A stretch of DNA of 55,578 nucleotides from Bigelowiella natans CCMP2755 (Eukaryota; Protista; Cercozoa), in assembly GCA_000320545.1 (NCBI GenBank), contig ADNK01000404.1:1-55578 (forward strand). The letters are read 5' to 3'. Shown piece by piece: positions 39,472 through 49,900 of the stretch; the stretch's first letter is position 1, and each line of letters opens with the position of its first letter. Under the pieces are notes generated by a model. That model worked only from the letters and a program-made list of their open reading frames with translations, had not been told where the DNA came from and ran no database searches. The translations under genes and the position numbers were made by a program.

Positions 39472-41267
39472 TGTATAATATGTACATTTTGTATTATTCA
39501 ACGTAGCCAAAGAAGCAAGAGAGTGACAGAAGTTATATTGCTGACTGCTGTTCTTCTCTGTCTTGTTCGGAACCACCACAAACTACTACTACTACTATTG
39601 CTCCTTGGTCTTAGAGGAGAGATGATTCGGCATGGGGTCAAGCTTGGGATTTTCGGAGCACCAAACGTCGGCAAATCCAGCCTCCTGAACGCGCTGCTGG
39701 ACGATAAACGGGCCATAGTCTCTGATATACCCGGAACAACTCGTGACGTCGTTCAGGTCTCTCCTTGCTCCTCCTCTTGCAACGGCCTTCTCCTTTAATT
39801 TACATCCCGATGATTCCCGCTGTCGCATATTGAGGAGAGTCTTTTATCGCTGTTGCTGCTGTTGTTATAGGTGAACATGAATCTCGGCGGATATCCTGTC
39901 AATGTGAGTGATACTGCCGGGATTCGAACAGATGTCACCGATCCCATTGAAAGGTGTGCTTCGACTACTTTCAACGCTGCAGTGTTTTCCCACTATTAAC
40001 TTTTCTCCTTCGTGTATATAAATCACTATTCAAGAGAAGGGATCAGCCGCTCCCTAGAGCTTGCAAAGGAGGCCAATCTGAGCGTGTTCGTTGTCGATGC
40101 CAGCAGTACAATCACGAATATTTTGACCAAGTGTGCAAATAAGGAAGGGGGGGAGAAGGATGACAAAGATGGTGACACTGATCGGGAAAGGAAAGCACCT
40201 AAAGATTCTTACTCACAAAATGATGAAGCTAGTCTAGTCGCTCACACTCTTTTGGATTCTACGTGGAAACGGGGTTGGTTCGTCCGTTAATGAGTTTTTA
40301 ACATCGCATCATGTTTGTCTTCATTGATGATCGATGCTGCTTTTCCTGCTTTTTCTGTGACCCCACGATATTTACTATTCTTTGCTCATCTGTGCTGGTT
40401 TCAATGGATCATAGGCTACGATGTCCTCGTTGTAAACAAGATAGACAAACTCAGTGATAGTCATCGACACTCGCTGCAGTCGGCGATGTTTGAAAACAAG
40501 GCCGCAAAGGGCACCATTCCGGTGCAAAATGAGGAAGGCAGCGAGAAGGGAGGTAATTGATCGGTGAATCTGCTCTCAAAAAGATTGGGCGACTAAATGT
40601 GGTGTCTGTCTTTGGAAAGGGAGCCATCTGATTTCCCCCGCAACCCCGCCGATGATACACTTGGTGTCGTGCACGCAACAAACTGGGATAGAGGAACTCG
40701 TCAACGGTTTGCACCAGAAGGTGGAGGAGATCCTGGCAATTTCACCCGAAGGAGCTAATCCCGAGAGCAACTTGTAATGTAGATAGAAAAAAGGCATCAT
40801 GGCTGATAATGATGATGCTGATGCTAACAATGACCATCATCATGCTGACGGTAGTATAGAATTTATGAGCCGCCGAAAGAAAAGGTGAAGTACCATTTAG
40901 CCGTCTACTTATGCAGAGTTATATATGGTTTTCAGAGAGGGCGCACGTATCATTACGAGGGAGAGGCACCGAAAGCACTTGCGAGCCTGCCATGAGAGCT
41001 TACAACATGCCCTGGTGACGTCTTAAAGCAGAGGGAGAATAACTTTCTTGGTGGATAACAGTTGAAGTAGGCGGTACTCCGATGATACAAACTGATTACT
41101 TGCCCGTGTGCACACATATATAGAGTCTCCTGGGCACAGATCGCGATGAAGTACTAGCTGCTGAAGAGTTGCGCAGTGCTGTACATGAACTAGCTGCTAT
41201 TGTCGGTAGAGTGGATGTTGAACAATTGCTTGATGTAATCTTTCGAGATTTTTGTATCGGAAAGTAG
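37067..41267 (+). CDS. mnmE: tRNA modification GTPase MnmE/GTPBP3 (mitochondrial)
   Basis: Spliced ETIFQ|[29 protein letters not shown]|[44 protein letters not shown] and NKID. Ends [12 protein letters not shown]. Arg-rich presequence. Confidence 0.95.
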
Positions 41268-41947
41268 TAACTTAATTATATCATTTAAAGCATACTTCGA
41301 AAAGATAAAGTTGCTTCCGCAATGATTAACACATCTGAGCGCTAGCTAGCTAGCGCTTATTCGTATATGAGACGTATGTAATGAAATATTTAATTTTTTT
41401 CAATGGTCATCCTAATGTAGCTGTGCAATGCAGCGGCTAGAGCGCTTAAATCGTATATTCGCCCTGCAGCACAGCCTTGTCTCATGCAAGCTGCTGCCGA
41501 TGTACGTACATGGTCGCACTATTGACCCAGCTTTATGTAATAAGATCACCTAGATACATGAGACGGATCTAGCGGATGTATGTCAAAAAATAAAAAAAAT
41601 TCAATGGTCACCCTGTATGTAGTGTTTATGCACATAATAATGCTACGTGCATGCGCTGGGCGCTGTTCGTAGATACACCTGTAATGCGCGCAGCACGTAT
41701 GTAACACGCCGGGCTACGTGCCATACGCTGCGAAACAATGACACGATATCCCGCGTCGCGCGTGCATATGTGCATGAATATCTACTTGCTTCAGGGTGCA
41801 CCTGCTTGACACGTGGGTTCAACACTGCTTGGTTCTGCTTTCACAGTGATCAAGTTGAAATCTGTGTCATGATTCCCTACTACATAGTGGCGTGCATCCA
41901 TTGTAATTGCTAACTATCGATCTTAGCCCTCATTTTGATGAGGATTA
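41268..41947. other. Convergent spacer rich in palindromic words, with two repeat copies
   Basis: Perfect 20-bp palindrome AGCGCTAGCTAGCTAGCGCT at 41338-41357, and an alternating purine-pyrimidine tract at ~41640-41780. Confidence 0.8.
41365..41632 (-). repeat. Two reverse-strand copies (~41365-41446, ~41550-41632) of the ~85-bp dispersed repeat
   Basis: The reverse complement of ~41365-41446 reads AGCGCTCTAGCCGCTGCATTGCACAGCTACATTAGGATGACCATTGAAAAAAATTAAATATTTCATTACATACGTCTCATA, matching the 4908-5268 copies. Confidence 0.85.
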
Positions 41948-43043
41948 TCACTTCAGCTCAACTTCGCCGCCCGCAGCTTTTATCTTCTCCGCCAACCCAT
42001 CAGCCTCATCCTTAGTTAGATGTTCTTTGATGATCACGGGAGCTTTCTCAACGAGCTCCTTTGCCTAAAACAAAGTGGAAACGGAAATGAGAACGATCGT
42101 CTTATGAATCTAATACGAAACAAAAAATGAAGGACGTAGCCTAAAACCAGGGTAATAATATATATATTATATTGATTTCCACGGAGAATTAAAATTATCC
42201 CGAAAAGAATTTACCTCTTTTAGGCCGAGGCCAGTGATAGCCCTGATCTCCTTGATAACCTTGATCTTACCCTTTGCATCGAATCCCTTCAACTCGACTC
42301 CGAATTCGGTCTTCTCAGCTGGTTTTTCCTCCTCTTTTGCTTCTGCAGGTGCTGCCTCTGCTGCAGGTGCTGCGGCAACCGCTCCTCCAGCCGGCATCAT
42401 CATGCCTCCGCCCATGCCGTAGAGCTGTGCATCATTTTCGATACCGAATTTATCCTAAGGTGTGATGAAAAATCATCAAATGCGTCATGCGATGTTACAA
42501 TTTCAAATACTGCCGAATCCTTGTTACTACCTTGAGATAGTCTACAAACTCCATACTTTCGTAAAGATTGAGTTGCATAACTTCCTCTGCGATTTTTTTA
42601 ACTTTTTCAGAGGGTTCCTTGGGCGTCTTTGGGAGTTGATCTGCTTCTTCCTTTGCAACGCTTTCCGCGGCTTCAGAGCGAAGAAAGACGGTGTTGTGAA
42701 GGAATCGAGGCCTAGATTATGTAACGGGGAACAAATTAGTCCAGCACAATCTTTTGCGAAATTGTTTTCTCCGACTTACCGAATGGCCTTCACAGCATGG
42801 ATTCTGGGAAACAAAAGTAAGATAGTGAGTCAGGAAAATCAATGTGTAAACTCTTTCCGCAGCAATAATCATGTTTATGGAGAAATACAAATTTGGAGAT
42901 TCGATTTACAACTTATACGTCGCATCAAATCCCTCCGGGCGGTCTCAAGGACAGGTATGGTTGTTGTGGAGTGCGATGGTCTACGCTTGCTGATAGTACC
43001 TTGAGGCTCTTGAGAGCAAGTGCGAAGCTCTACGCATCATCAT
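41948..43043 (-). CDS. MRPL12: Mitochondrial ribosomal protein bL12m (L7/L12)
   Basis: Five exons: presequence [28 protein letters not shown], Ala-rich hinge, KTEFGVEL...[18 protein letters not shown]|AKELVEKAP and [12 protein letters not shown]. Confidence 0.95.
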
Positions 43044-43326
43044 CTTTGTCCTCTTCTATTGTAGTTCAACGGCACCTCCGCTCACCGGGCAGGAAAGAAT
43101 ACACTCCTACTACTACTACTACTACTACTCTGGAAGGTGCGGGGCGGTCACGTCCGTCACACACCGTCAAAAGTGAGTGTGCCGAGAAGGAAGTTATCAC
43201 GAATGATTCCAGGAGACTCTCGAGAGACTTTTTTTTCTTCTCGGGCGTATTTTTGGAGATTCACCGGAGACTTTCCTAGCATTCCCTTTTTCGTACGCCG
43301 GAGAAAGAGCACGATGGCTGCCGAGG

Positions 43327-46038
43327 ATGAGGAGCTGTTTGACATCGCGGCAGGGTCGCGCAGGGTGCCACCGCAGGCATCTTTGTTTTGTAATCTTCAC
43401 CATCATGTTATGCTCATCGCTGTGGAAGAACGACACTCTGGGCGGTGGGACAGCCCTTCGTTCCCGTCCGACAGGAAAGCTGCGCTCAAAGAGGAGGAAG
43501 CCAATGAGCCAAAATTCCACCACCAGAAGCACAACGCTGCGTACGAATAAGATGGACAACCATACCAGCTCGGCCACTATAAATAAGATTCACTTTAAGG
43601 TGAAGAATCCAGTACTCTCAGGATTCTTGCTGAAAGCGATTCACAAACTAGGTTACCAACAACCCACGCCGATACAGCGAAAGGTGATTCCATTAGCTCT
43701 CCAAGCGAAGGACCTCGTTGCCATGGCAAGAACAGGGTCGGGGAAAACAGCGGCATTCTTAATTCCGACAATCGAGAAGTTACAGCGTCATGCCAGCTCC
43801 ATACTCGGGCCACGGATGCTTTGCCTAGCGCCAACTCATGAGTTGGCACATCAGATTGCTCGCTGCACAAAGCAGCTGGCGAGGTTTACAGATTTGCAGG
43901 TTATCGTATTGACAGGGGGGAGATCTATCGAAAGGCAATTTGCCGACCTTACCAACGGATCTCCGGATATCGCAATCGGAACTCCAGGTCGCATATGCCA
44001 CCACGTCCTAGAAAAGTCGTTGCGTTTAACCCGCACATCGATCCTCGTGATCGATGAGGCAGACCGATTGTTCGAGATGGGGTTCGCGCCTACCCTAGAC
44101 AAGATACTTGACAGCGCAGTGTGCAAAACTCGTCAGATAGTTCTGTGCTCAGCAACCATACCCAAGCTGCTTGACGATTTTGCTTCGGCGCGTCTGAATA
44201 GCCCCACTCTCCTGAGATTGGACGCAGATTCAAAAGTACCACCAGGCTTGGCATCACAATTTTTCCTCGTAACAGAGCGTCAGAAGCACGGAGCCTTGAT
44301 ATTCCTACTCGAGAAAATCATTCCTACAGACTCGCAGGTGTTGGTCTTCGTGGCCACGCGCTATCATTGCGAACTCTTAGCAGAGCTTCTGTCTAAAGTG
44401 TCGGGAATTCATTCACGCCGGCTCTTTGGGGCTATGGACGAAGACGCAAGAAGGGAAGCAGTTGACATGTTCAGGAAGAGAAGATGCCAGGTGCTCGTGG
44501 CAACTGATGTGGCGGCAAGGGGTGTCGATTTGCCACTGTTGGATTATGTCGTTCATTTTCATATCCCTGCTGAGCCCAAGCTTCTGCTGCATAGATCTGG
44601 CCGAGTGGCACGAGCAGGTAGGGAGGGAACGGTGTATGCTCTTGTGTCACCATCCGAGCGACCATATATGCTCGATGGGCTGTTGTACCTAGGAAAGCCC
44701 CTGCAGCTAAATCTCCCACAGAACGGGACCACCGCATTTAACATCCGCCGTACACTCGTGGGTGGGTTGCCGTTTCAGCTCCTCATGGAATACAGCGAAA
44801 GGGCAGATGAAAAACTTAACGGCGTGGATCTGATCGATTTGAATCGATGTGCGCAGCGTGGGTATGGGAAATACCTTAGGTCCATCCCCAGGCCATCTGC
44901 ACGTTCCAAGTGGCGAGCAGAGAACCATTTACCTGCGTCCCCTGACCCCCACCCCATATTAGCTGCCCTCAAGATATGGCAGGACGAGTCCAAAGATCAC
45001 CATAGCGAGGTGGCGCGATTGGTGAGAGAATTCTCGGAGGGGAAGACTATGAGGGGCGGGATCCTTGTGCCGGAGAAGCTCAAGTCATCAGAAAGAATGA
45101 TGCAGTTGATGAAGAGAGAGGAAGAGCTGGACGAGATGAGAAACAACAGGTTCGACAAGAACGACGACTACTTTTACGGGAAGAAGAACAACAGAGATAG
45201 TGGTGGTGGTACTGGGGGAAAATCCGACCCCTTCAGCAGTATATTTTTGGACGGAGAAGATTCTGCCGACTCTGAGGTAAAAGGGCTTGATATCAGCACT
45301 GAAGAAGAGGGCTATGGAGACGACAACGGGCGGCATTCTGGGTTCGGATTAGATCAAGATCTGATCGTAGATTTCCCGCAGGATCAGCTCCTAGCCCACA
45401 AACAGGAGAAGGAAGTGTTGCCGAAGAAAGGAAGGCACAGTAGCGGTGACGGACAGAATCAACGAGAAGATAAAACACATGGACAAGCCATGTTTGCTAG
45501 GAAAGAACAAGAGTCACGATTGCGGAGAGGTTCTTTCGTTGACACGTACGAAGGGTCCCTTTTTGAGGATTGGAAAGCACGCAGGGGCATGAACAAACGG
45601 CGAGGAGGAGGAGGAGGAGGAGGAGGAGGAGGAGGAGGCGAAATGGAGCCTCATCTCGATGCAAAATCGGGACTTCAGATGCGAGAGAATGCTGGAAGAT
45701 CGCAAGCTTCAAGAAGAAACTCCAGGGCAGGCGCTGTCCTCTCCCACAGCGAAAGACAGGTTGAAGAGCTGCGGCAAGCACCGAATCTTGGAAGAAAAGG
45801 GCGCCGGCGTATGAAACAACTCGAAGTCCAAGCGCAGAGAGAGAAGCGGAAGGAAAGGAAACGCGAACTTCGCAATCAGCGGAAGAGCTACAAGATCGGG
45901 GATCGCAAGCATGGCACACCCGGGGCAGGAAAAATAAGACTGCGGAAAGCCTGGCGCTGGGAAAACATGAAGCGACAACGACCGATCCTTCGCAAAGGAA
46001 AGCTCGGGCGCAGGAATGTGCGCGGTCGTCATCCTTGA
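43327..46038 (+). CDS. DBP10: DEAD-box RNA helicase DBP10/DDX54-like, intronless, possible bipartite leader
   Basis: GYQQPTPIQRK, VAMARTGSGKTAAFLIP, DEADRLFEMGF, SAT, VATRYHCE, TDVAARGVDLPLLD and HRSGRVARAGR. MARTGSGKT and DEADRLFEMGF are DBP10-typical. Confidence 0.9.
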   Translation: MRSCLTSRQGRAGCHRRHLCFVIFTIMLCSSLWKNDTLGGGTALRSRPTGKLRSKRRKPMSQNSTTRSTTLRTNKMDNHTSSATINKIHFKVKNPVLSGFLLKAIHKLGYQQPTPIQRKVIPLALQAKDLVAMARTGSGKTAAFLIPTIEKLQRHASSILGPRMLCLAPTHELAHQIARCTKQLARFTDLQVIVLTGGRSIERQFADLTNGSPDIAIGTPGRICHHVLEKSLRLTRTSILVIDEADRLFEMGFAPTLDKILDSAVCKTRQIVLCSATIPKLLDDFASARLNSPTLLRLDADSKVPPGLASQFFLVTERQKHGALIFLLEKIIPTDSQVLVFVATRYHCELLAELLSKVSGIHSRRLFGAMDEDARREAVDMFRKRRCQVLVATDVAARGVDLPLLDYVVHFHIPAEPKLLLHRSGRVARAGREGTVYALVSPSERPYMLDGLLYLGKPLQLNLPQNGTTAFNIRRTLVGGLPFQLLMEYSERADEKLNGVDLIDLNRCAQRGYGKYLRSIPRPSARSKWRAENHLPASPDPHPILAALKIWQDESKDHHSEVARLVREFSEGKTMRGGILVPEKLKSSERMMQLMKREEELDEMRNNRFDKNDDYFYGKKNNRDSGGGTGGKSDPFSSIFLDGEDSADSEVKGLDISTEEEGYGDDNGRHSGFGLDQDLIVDFPQDQLLAHKQEKEVLPKKGRHSSGDGQNQREDKTHGQAMFARKEQESRLRRGSFVDTYEGSLFEDWKARRGMNKRRGGGGGGGGGGGGEMEPHLDAKSGLQMRENAGRSQASRRNSRAGAVLSHSERQVEELRQAPNLGRKGRRRMKQLEVQAQREKRKERKRELRNQRKSYKIGDRKHGTPGAGKIRLRKAWRWENMKRQRPILRKGKLGRRNVRGRHP

Positions 46039-46836
46039 GGCTCTATGCATTGAAAGCACAAAGTGAGCCGAGTAATGGCATTGAAATGACACGTTCGAAA
46101 GTGCAACTAAAATCAATATTTCTGGAATAAAATTGAGATTCGCAGAAACAAGTAGACATAACATGAGCGCTATAGCCGCTCGCTGCTTTGCATAGCTACA
46201 TTGGGATGACCATCAAAATGATTTAATCGTTTTATCACACGCTAGCACGCTGCATTTCACATAGCTAGATAGCTACGTAAGGATGATCATTGAACAAATT
46301 TAATTGATTAATCACATCCGTCTTACATCTGTCTCATATCTCTAGCGCTAGCTAGCTAGAGCTCGCATGTGAAACGGATGCAATGAACATTCTTTTTTTT
46401 TATGGTCATCCTAATGTGTAGCTACGCTGCATACGAAATCAAAACAGAAACGAACAAACACAATTCAAGCTCGCATGCACATGTCATCTTGTTCACACTG
46501 TAGACTGATGGCCATGCTAGCATGTGCAGCCGAGCTGCCATGTGATCATATACATGCACATTTGTGTTAAATTCATTGCATCCGTCTCACATTTGTCACG
46601 CAACTGTGCGCGTCTTTGCTATTCTGTCTGTCCGCTACGCTTGCAGCATCACAAAGGCCATACATTTGTTCAAAGTTTACTTTCAGCTAAATCTTAATTT
46701 TTAAATGTTATATGGTATGTGATACAATGCTTTCGTTTACTCCCAAAATACCCAATGACATAAATGTTATATTCGAATACTTTAAGAGCGATACTGCTGT
46801 GAACAACAAGAAAGAATGTAGTCGGAATCCAATAAA
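46039..46836. other. Convergent spacer rich in palindromic words, with repeat copies
   Basis: TCTAGCGCTAGCTAGCTAGA at 46341-46360 and CATGCTAGCATG at ~46513. Confidence 0.8.
46164..46595. repeat. Cluster of the ~85-bp repeat: + copies ~46164-46240 and ~46241-46340, inverted copy ~46367-46432, partial copy ~46570-46595
   Basis: GCATAGCTACATTGGGATGACCATC; AGCTACGTAAGGATGATCATTGAACAAATTTAATTGATTAATCACATCCGTCTTACA; and on the opposite strand ACGGATGCAATGAA...ATGGTCATCCTAATG. Confidence 0.85.
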
Positions 46837-46940
46837 TTATGTCATTGCAGCTGCTCTTCTTCCAGCGCCATCGTTATCACCGTCAATTTCCTTGCAGTAT
46901 GCACATGCCTGTTGAAAATAGATAAATTTTATATCTATAA

Positions 46941-46978
<38 letters not shown>

Positions 46979-49900
46979 GTATATATATATACATCCACAT
47001 ACATCTTCAAAATACTACCGTGAGCATCCTCTTATACATGATGTCTACGCTTGAGTATTCAGGAAGCTCCAATTGGAAGAAACACGTATGCGCAATCTGT
47101 CGAGATACATTTCAAAAGATTATTCAATGAGAGGTTCACCAGTCACATCGCGTCGATTATGTTAATATCACTTACCGGAAGGAAGTCGTCCGGTTTCCTC
47201 CCGCCCGCGTACGCTTTCGGGCATGCTAGGAGCTCGAAATTTCTCTCGAACCCGCCCTTGTTCGGGGGGAGGCGTGTGCGCCCCCACGCGAAGAAGATGA
47301 CCTGAGACCTCTCCTCATTCGACATCCGCTCCATCATCTGCCAGAAGTACTTGATGTGCGGCGAGGAGTTGTTGTACCACTTGCCGTTTCTCCCCTTCCC
47401 TTTCACACTCGTCTTGGACTTGAGGAGCTTGAGATCGATCTCAACCTTTCCGCAGACCTGATCCCTGAGATCGGACCATTTGAACAGGCTCAGAATCTGG
47501 TAGGGAACGACGGTCGCGAGGCCCCTCAGCATCGCCTTTCCATGCTCGTCGAACTCCTTCGTCCGCAACTTGGTCAGAGTCTCGATGTACCGGTGGCGAG
47601 TTTTCCAGGTTATGGAGATGTCGCGCCCCCCGGGTATGAGCTCCACTATCTTCCCATCCGCCAGACATCCCTCGAACTTGACGGTCTTCATCTGCGTGTC
47701 AAACTGCTTCTCGTCCATATTCTTCGTTGACTCCGCCATCAGAGTCATCATCTTCCCAACCCACGAATCGATGTCGATCACGTCTTTCAGCGAAACGTCC
47801 TCGGAGACCATGGGCTTCCACACAATGGCCGGGAGGTTGAGGGCCATGTAATTCGTGGTACGGATCGCAAGCCCCATCATCTGCCCTAGGAACTCGTACA
47901 TTCGTATCATCATCTGCTTCTCCTTCGGGTACAGCCCTCGCATCGATTTCGGTACGAACATCTCCCTGTTTTTGCCCGTCGCCTCCCTCGCATTCGGGCA
48001 TTGGATGAAGAGCGGGAGGGAGCTGGATTGGATCTCCTCCGCCATTTTGAAGAAGAGCTCCCTGTACGGACCCCCCACGTCGTGGGAGTGGCAGCCTTTG
48101 AATATTGTGGTGAAGGCGCGGTTATTGGGCTCGATACGGTAGAACTCCCCATTCTTTTTGTTCCTCTCGAGCTCCCTCATCAGCTGGGCAAACATAGTCT
48201 CGGTTCCCTCCCAATCCGTCTTCTTCTGCTCTCGCACAGTCGCGGCCTTGAAAACGGAGATATTGCACTTCGTAGCGGAGGTGTTGGAGCTGTGGGAGGT
48301 CTTGTTCAGTGCCGCCTGCCACATCTGCTCCTTCGTCCCCCAGAAGATGAAAGGCTTCGCAGATTTGACCAAATCCGTCAACCGGGAAACGTTAGAAGCT
48401 AGGGAGAGATTCACCAGAGGCAGCACATCCTTGATTATCTTGTTGAAGTACCTCAGGCAAATATATCGATCTCGCTTCTCGGCCTCGGTGATGTTCTCGG
48501 CATAGAGATTGGTGTAGAGGAGCTTCTCACGGGGCTTGCCGACGAGCAGCTTGGCATCTATGAACGGGTCGCGCCTCTTCGCAGCGACTTCTCGGTGGCT
48601 GTCCCTCTCATCAATCAGCATCACCAGCTCGCTGTCAGAGGCGTGGGTGAACTTTGTATTATTGGTTTTCTCAATGGCAGACTTGTTGAAGGCCTTTGCA
48701 TCTCTTATGGCCTTGAGAAGGAAGGCAGCAGGCAATCTCCGTTGGTTCTGCCCTCCCGATGGATGCGACCTAGAGAGCACCTCCATGACCTCGCAGGCCA
48801 GTGTGAGGTCTTTGAACCACGTGGGATGGCTGCTCTTCCTCTCGCTCGGGTCGGTGAGAAGCACAAGGTTCATGTTGAGATCGATCATCGACTGGAGGTA
48901 CGGAGAAGCATGCTTGCTGGCCTTGTTCGCGCCGACGCACTGTTTGTTGTACGCCCGCCCCATCATATCCGAGAATATCTTGACCTTGGTCTGCGACAAG
49001 GAGACGTAGAAACCCGCCGGTGTGACCTTTGCAAGGGAAGAGAACAGGGTCATCGCTTCGTTCCTGGCCTGGCCTTTAGTCCCGTGTACCAGCTCGAGCA
49101 TGACATCCCACAGCTGAGGGGGGAACAGTCGCTTGTAGTACCTCGCGGGGGAGGCTGAAGAACCCCACCCCCCACTCATATTCTCGACGAATGCGATCAC
49201 ACCCACGAACATGCTCTTGATCCAGTTGGCCATGAACAGAGATTGCCGCTCGAGGGAGGCCACCGGCTTCTTCTTGATGATGGGGTTCAGCATTCTTAGC
49301 ACGCTCCCAACGAGGTACGAGGAGAGGGTTCCCGTTAGAGGACTCGCAGCGGCGTTGCTCGTCGCCACGTTTTGGGCCTCTTTGCGGAGCAGGTTTGAGA
49401 AGGGGGCCGAGAAGTCTTCGAAGCCAGATCCGTCTTTAATGAGACTCGACATGAGCGCGCCGATGGTGCCATCGTTTATCATGGACTGCAGCACGCTGCT
49501 GTCGTCCATCCCAAGGTTCGATAGGAAGACCGTGGCCCCACGCCTTGCATAGGAGGCCGCGAGCGCCCTCTCCACACCGATTCGCATCTTCAGGTACTTC
49601 TTTCTGCTCAGGCGACCGAGTGCAGCGATGGAATACGCCCTTTGATTGATATCCGAATCCGCCTCGACGAACAAGTCCTCCCCCTCGGGAACGTCCTCAT
49701 CCGCCGTTGCCGCCACTTTCGTGTCCGCCGATTTATTGTCCTGGAACGTCATTTGCTCCCCGGGGAAGTTGAGGATGTGGATGCGGGGGTCAGAGGAGAG
49801 GGGATTCTCGTTTGCCTGCCCAGCCACGGTTTCAAACCCCTTGGAAGTCCACCTGTCTTTCGAGATAAGCTCAGTGACGGCACTGAAGAACCCATTGGTG

